Positions 8,071 to 11,254 of a stretch of DNA of 11,254 nucleotides are shown here, piece by piece. The DNA lies in the NCBI GenBank assembly GCA_964621445.1, contig CAZUNO010000051.1, positions 1 through 11,254 on the forward strand. Reading direction: 5' to 3'. The notes beneath the pieces were generated by a model. The model made no database searches, was not told the origin of the DNA, and saw nothing but the letters and a program-made list of their open reading frames with translations. A program made the position numbers and the translations under genes. The DNA comes from Candidatus Hadarchaeota archaeon (GTDB lineage: Archaea > CAYQAE01 > CAYVLA01). The stretch's first letter is position 1. Every line of letters begins with the position of its first letter.

Positions 8071-10155
8071 AAGGGCAGTTCCGACAGGTATGCCGACGCC
8101 CAGGAGAGGCAGATGATCGATTCCCTTTCCAGCCACATCAAGTCCAAGGTCTCGGAGGCCTGGGGTGTTGGGGCCGACGAGGTTCCCCTTGAGCTCCCCG
8201 AGATAATCGGATCGGGGCACTACATCATAGAGACCGATCCCAGCGGCAACTACCTTAGGATCAGAACGGATAGGAGTTCATACAGGATCAGGAGCAGTGG
8301 AATCCAACTAGGGAAGAGGTCCATAAGCAGCAGCCAGACCCATTATATCGGGATCCGAGAGGGCAAGGTGCTCATTGACCCGCCTCCACTGACCGAGATT
8401 TCATTCCCCCTGGACGGGTCCGTTTTCAGCGGCTCCTTCAACCTTAGCTACAGGACCAGCGACACCGCCGAGGAGCATTACATCTACCTTGACGGGTTAA
8501 TGGTTGCAAGCGGGTCGGGAAGCTTCGACGGCTTCCTTTTCAACCCCTCCAGCAGCCCCACAAACATGACCGATGGGACCCACTCAATAACCGTGGTCAC
8601 CGAGAACGATAGCGGCGAGGGTAGCGACACCGTAAGGTTTACCATGGACAGGACGCCGCCCAACGTGAACCTCAACCTGACCCAGATAGATAATCAGAGG
8701 TTGACGCTGACCGTCACCGAGACCCGGCCGGTGGGTAATCGGGTCGAGGCCTATATATTCGTCACCGACGACAAGAACCTGCCCGTGCGTGGGCTGGATA
8801 CGGATAACTTCTACGTATACAACTCCCAGGACGAGCTGGCCAACGGTGGAAGGTTCACCCTCTCCATAAATGCCACTGATGGGCAGAGCAGGATAGATCC
8901 CACCAGTTACCTGATCAAGAGGAACCACTCCAACCTCATCCGGGTAACCAGGTCGAGGGACGACTCCTGGGATAGCAAGGGCTTCAACGGCACCGTGAGT
9001 TTCCAGGCCAACGTCTCGGATATAGCGGGAAACGTACAGACCAGCAGCGAGGTAAGCAAGTCCCCTGTCAGCAGGCCGGTTGAGGTTGGAGCACCTGACA
9101 GGAAGTCGGATCTGAGCCTCATATTCACCAATGACGTATCGGGATCAATGGAGTGGGTCATGTGGAAGGATGAGTACCCAAAGCCCGGGGAGGAATCCAG
9201 GCTTGACTTCATGAAGGCAGCGGTCAAGAGCTTCATTTCAAGGATGTACCCGGAGGACGAGGCGGCTGTATGCAGTTTCACCACCAACTATGCCACGGGT
9301 ATGGAGGAGATCGTGCTGGAAAAGAATTTCACAGCCACGGATACCACTGGTAAAAGCCAGTTATCGACATGCGTTGATGGACTGAGCACCATCGATGGCA
9401 CTCCCCTCTACGATGCCCTTTACCAATCCCTGCTCTGGGTCCGGGAAAGGTCGAAGTTTAAGGCGGTTCTGGTGCTTACTGACGGCAAGGACCTGAACTA
9501 TGCCACCGGAAAGCCCTACAGCACCCGGACCTCGACCGAGGTCATAGACCTGGCCAGGGCGGAGGGCATCCCAATTTACTGCGTCGGCCTGGGGGAGGAG
9601 GACAAGGTGGATGTGAACGTGCTAAACGCCATATCGGAGCAGACGGAGGGCAGGCTCTACCTAGCGCCCACGCCCGAGAAGCTGCAGGAGGCCTACGACC
9701 AGATCGCCGGTGAGCTTCTATCCGGATACCGCCTGACCTACACTCCTGGTTTTTTCATATCCGGGGGGGAGGAGATCAACCTCGTGGTTTACGACGATGA
9801 GGACCGGAGCGGGAAGGAGACCATAATCCTCCCCGAGCCCGAGAACCTTCCACCCCAGGTGACACTGTCCGCTCCCAACGGCGGGGAGGTATGGGAAGAC
9901 CAAGGGACCATCGAGTGGTCGGCCACCGATGATGATGGGGACCCGCTGACATTTGACCTCTACTACAGCGATGATGCGGGAACCAACTGGAACGGGATTG
10001 CATCCGACCTATCGGGAACCGGTCCCGACTATACCTATCTGTGGGACACCTCAGGCCTTCCCGAGGGAGATCAATACAAGGTAAAGGTGGTTGCCGATGA
10101 TGACCAGGCCCAGAGCAGCGATCAGTCGGCATCAGTTTTCGAGATCGATGATTAG
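7942..10155 (+). CDS. Type IV pilin-like protein with Ig-like domains and a von Willebrand factor A (MIDAS) domain
   Basis: 737-aa ORF starting 2 nt after the upstream TGA. N-terminus ...SRSRRA/VEVLTGNLLMIMVMAAVFSSIAFLV. vWA motifs DVSGSM, GTPLYDAL, VLVLTDG, IPIYCVGLG. The C-terminal Ig-like repeat resembles those of the upstream gene. Confidence 0.9.
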   Translation: MISRLKNTFRSFSRSRRAVEVLTGNLLMIMVMAAVFSSIAFLVKGSSDRYADAQERQMIDSLSSHIKSKVSEAWGVGADEVPLELPEIIGSGHYIIETDPSGNYLRIRTDRSSYRIRSSGIQLGKRSISSSQTHYIGIREGKVLIDPPPLTEISFPLDGSVFSGSFNLSYRTSDTAEEHYIYLDGLMVASGSGSFDGFLFNPSSSPTNMTDGTHSITVVTENDSGEGSDTVRFTMDRTPPNVNLNLTQIDNQRLTLTVTETRPVGNRVEAYIFVTDDKNLPVRGLDTDNFYVYNSQDELANGGRFTLSINATDGQSRIDPTSYLIKRNHSNLIRVTRSRDDSWDSKGFNGTVSFQANVSDIAGNVQTSSEVSKSPVSRPVEVGAPDRKSDLSLIFTNDVSGSMEWVMWKDEYPKPGEESRLDFMKAAVKSFISRMYPEDEAAVCSFTTNYATGMEEIVLEKNFTATDTTGKSQLSTCVDGLSTIDGTPLYDALYQSLLWVRERSKFKAVLVLTDGKDLNYATGKPYSTRTSTEVIDLARAEGIPIYCVGLGEEDKVDVNVLNAISEQTEGRLYLAPTPEKLQEAYDQIAGELLSGYRLTYTPGFFISGGEEINLVVYDDEDRSGKETIILPEPENLPPQVTLSAPNGGEVWEDQGTIEWSATDDDGDPLTFDLYYSDDAGTNWNGIASDLSGTGPDYTYLWDTSGLPEGDQYKVKVVADDDQAQSSDQSASVFEIDD
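9109..9720 (+). other. vWA domain with complete MIDAS
   Basis: DxSxS = DVSGS (9133-9147), Thr in GTP (9400), Asp in LTDG (9481). Confidence 0.9.
9844..10152 (+). repeat. Ig-like repeat of the same family as the 4769-7642 array
   Basis: NLPPQVTLSAPNGGEVW...EWSATDDDGDPLTFDLYYSDDAGTNW...WDTSGLPEGDQYKVKV. Confidence 0.85.
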
Positions 10156-10220
10156 TGATGGATATGAGATTTCATGAATCAAACCAGGTAACGCGGAGGA
10201 CGGGATTAAATACGGGTGGT

Positions 10221-10226
10221 AGGTGG
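10221..10226 (+). promoter_or_regulatory. Probable Shine-Dalgarno site for ATG10229
   Basis: AGGTGG just upstream; a second GGTGG lies at 10215-10219. Confidence 0.5.
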
Positions 10227-10228
10227 AG

Positions 10229-10336
10229 ATGAATATATTTCGGGATCATCGTGCCGTCTACATTGTGACCGGAGCTCTGCTGACCACCCTGGTGGTCACC
10301 GCGGGGAGCATACTTACTTACACCCTCATCGCGCCC
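10229..10336 (+). other. Class III signal peptide; predicted cleavage after Ala9
   Basis: DHRA, then a hydrophobic helix ending in Pro+27. Confidence 0.75.
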
Positions 10337-11032
10337 GAGATCGAGAAACGTAAGGATGAGAACAACCTTGACTTGGCCAAGGACTCCCTAATGGATCTTA
10401 ACTCCCATGTCATGGACCTGCTCGCCAAAGGTCCAAAATCCACGGCCATCTTCACCATGGTGGTCCCGGGGGGAGATATATCGGTGGATGAGGATCAGAA
10501 CTCGGTCAGTTACCTGACCAGGACAAAGGTGGATTATAACCCGGGGAGCAAGTCGACGCTGTCGGTAAGCAGGTCGACCAAGGATACCCTGAGCATGGAC
10601 TCCAGCCTCCCCGTGGACCTGGTCTCCAGGTACGACAACATAAAGCCGGGTCAATATACGGTGGTTCTATCCTTTGAGAAGGAGAGGCTGTTCCGTATCG
10701 AGGACTGGACGCTGCACAAGAACACCACCTTCGCGGGCACGGTTAGCTCAAGCACCAGCAACTACTACACCAGCCGCCTGAACGAGACGGCGATCGATTG
10801 GGATATCAACAGGGACGGGGACAAGAATGACGTATGGAGGCTTTACCTCTCCGATCCCAATGAGGATTATATCTTCGACTCTGTGGCCATACACGACGCC
10901 GGGGGAAACCTCCTGGAGGTACTGGAGGAGGGGGACAACTTCCAACTGGGATCAATTCCCATAATGGTCTACAGGGTCAGGGAGCGTTACGTCGTGTTCA
11001 GATACGCCCAAATGAAGATGGTGGTTAAATGA
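10229..11032 (+). CDS. Archaeal type IV pilin-like protein (267 aa) with a C-terminal acidic, possibly Ca2+-binding module
   Basis: ATG10229 follows AGGTGG (10221-10226) and is preferred over GTG10223 because it gives a 9-aa leader like the neighbours: MNIFRDHRA/VYIVTGALLTTLVVTAGSILTYTLIAP, then an amphipathic helix. DINRDGDKND motif at 10802-10831. Confidence 0.85.
   Translation: MNIFRDHRAVYIVTGALLTTLVVTAGSILTYTLIAPEIEKRKDENNLDLAKDSLMDLNSHVMDLLAKGPKSTAIFTMVVPGGDISVDEDQNSVSYLTRTKVDYNPGSKSTLSVSRSTKDTLSMDSSLPVDLVSRYDNIKPGQYTVVLSFEKERLFRIEDWTLHKNTTFAGTVSSSTSNYYTSRLNETAIDWDINRDGDKNDVWRLYLSDPNEDYIFDSVAIHDAGGNLLEVLEEGDNFQLGSIPIMVYRVRERYVVFRYAQMKMVVK
11020..11024 (+). promoter_or_regulatory. Probable Shine-Dalgarno site for ATG11029
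   Basis: GGTGG ends 4 nt before the ATGA start/stop overlap. Confidence 0.5.
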
Positions 11033-11136
11033 GGTTAATGGAGGACCTTAGGGCCATGGACCAGACCATAGCGAACCTACTAATTCTCTTCGTTAGCCTG
11101 GGGGCGCTTTCGTTGGCCATTACCGTAGTGAGTCCT
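11029..11136 (+). other. Class III signal peptide; predicted cleavage after Ala9
   Basis: DLRA, then a hydrophobic helix ending in Pro+27. Confidence 0.7.
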
Positions 11137-11254
11137 CTCCTATCCCGATACGAATCCCAGAACAAGATAAAACAGGCCGAGGCCATAATGACCTCCCTTC
11201 ACAACGAGATACTCAAGGTTCAGGAGGAGCCCCCGGGTTCCAGGAGGAGAATAG
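11029..11254 (+). CDS. 3'-truncated archaeal type IV pilin-like protein, paralog of the preceding gene (not in the ORF track)
   Basis: ATG11029 overlaps the upstream stop (ATGA) and follows GGTGG (11020-11024). Manual translation: MRLMEDLRA/MDQTIANLLILFVSLGALSLAITVVSPLLSRYESQNKIKQAEAIMTSLHNEILKVQEEPPGSRRRI..., open to the window end. Alternative start ATG11038. Confidence 0.85.
   Translation, partial: MRLMEDLRAMDQTIANLLILFVSLGALSLAITVVSPLLSRYESQNKIKQAEAIMTSLHNEILKVQEEPPGSRRRI

Noticed and set aside
10206-10212. TTAAATA as an internal archaeal TATA box
   Set aside because: It is too close to ATG10229: usual spacing would put the transcript start at or inside the coding region, and there is no clear purine-rich BRE. 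Not excluded, but unsupported.
159-10945. The many minus-strand and short alternative-frame ORFs (e.g. 4472-5209, 6179-6784, 5234-5764)
   Set aside because: All lie within long + strand genes with coherent domains and show no motifs; they are typical shadow ORFs of GC3-rich coding DNA.

Overview
The window holds one + strand, operon-like run of five genes, most likely archaeal (GGTGG/GGAGG ribosome-binding sites, frequent ATA/AGG codons, many N-x-S/T sequons, archaeal-style class III signal peptides). The first and last genes are cut by the window edges. All four genes with a visible N-terminus begin with a type IV prepilin-like leader (R-G/A, then a ~25-residue hydrophobic helix). They encode: (i) a ~2250-aa giant pilin-adhesin (true start 1187, not 890) with two CARDB domains, a split class I GATase-like domain, two PA14-like lectin domains, a CBM-like domain and eight Ig-like domains; (ii) a 737-aa pilin with an intact MIDAS vWA domain; (iii) a pair of small paralogous pilins, the second missing from the ORF track. 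My best reading is a minor-pilin/tip-adhesin cassette of an archaeal type IV filament with nested domain insertions. No assembly ATPase, platform protein, prepilin peptidase, RNA gene, CRISPR array or mobile element is visible. All domain calls come from motif recognition by eye, not from database searches.
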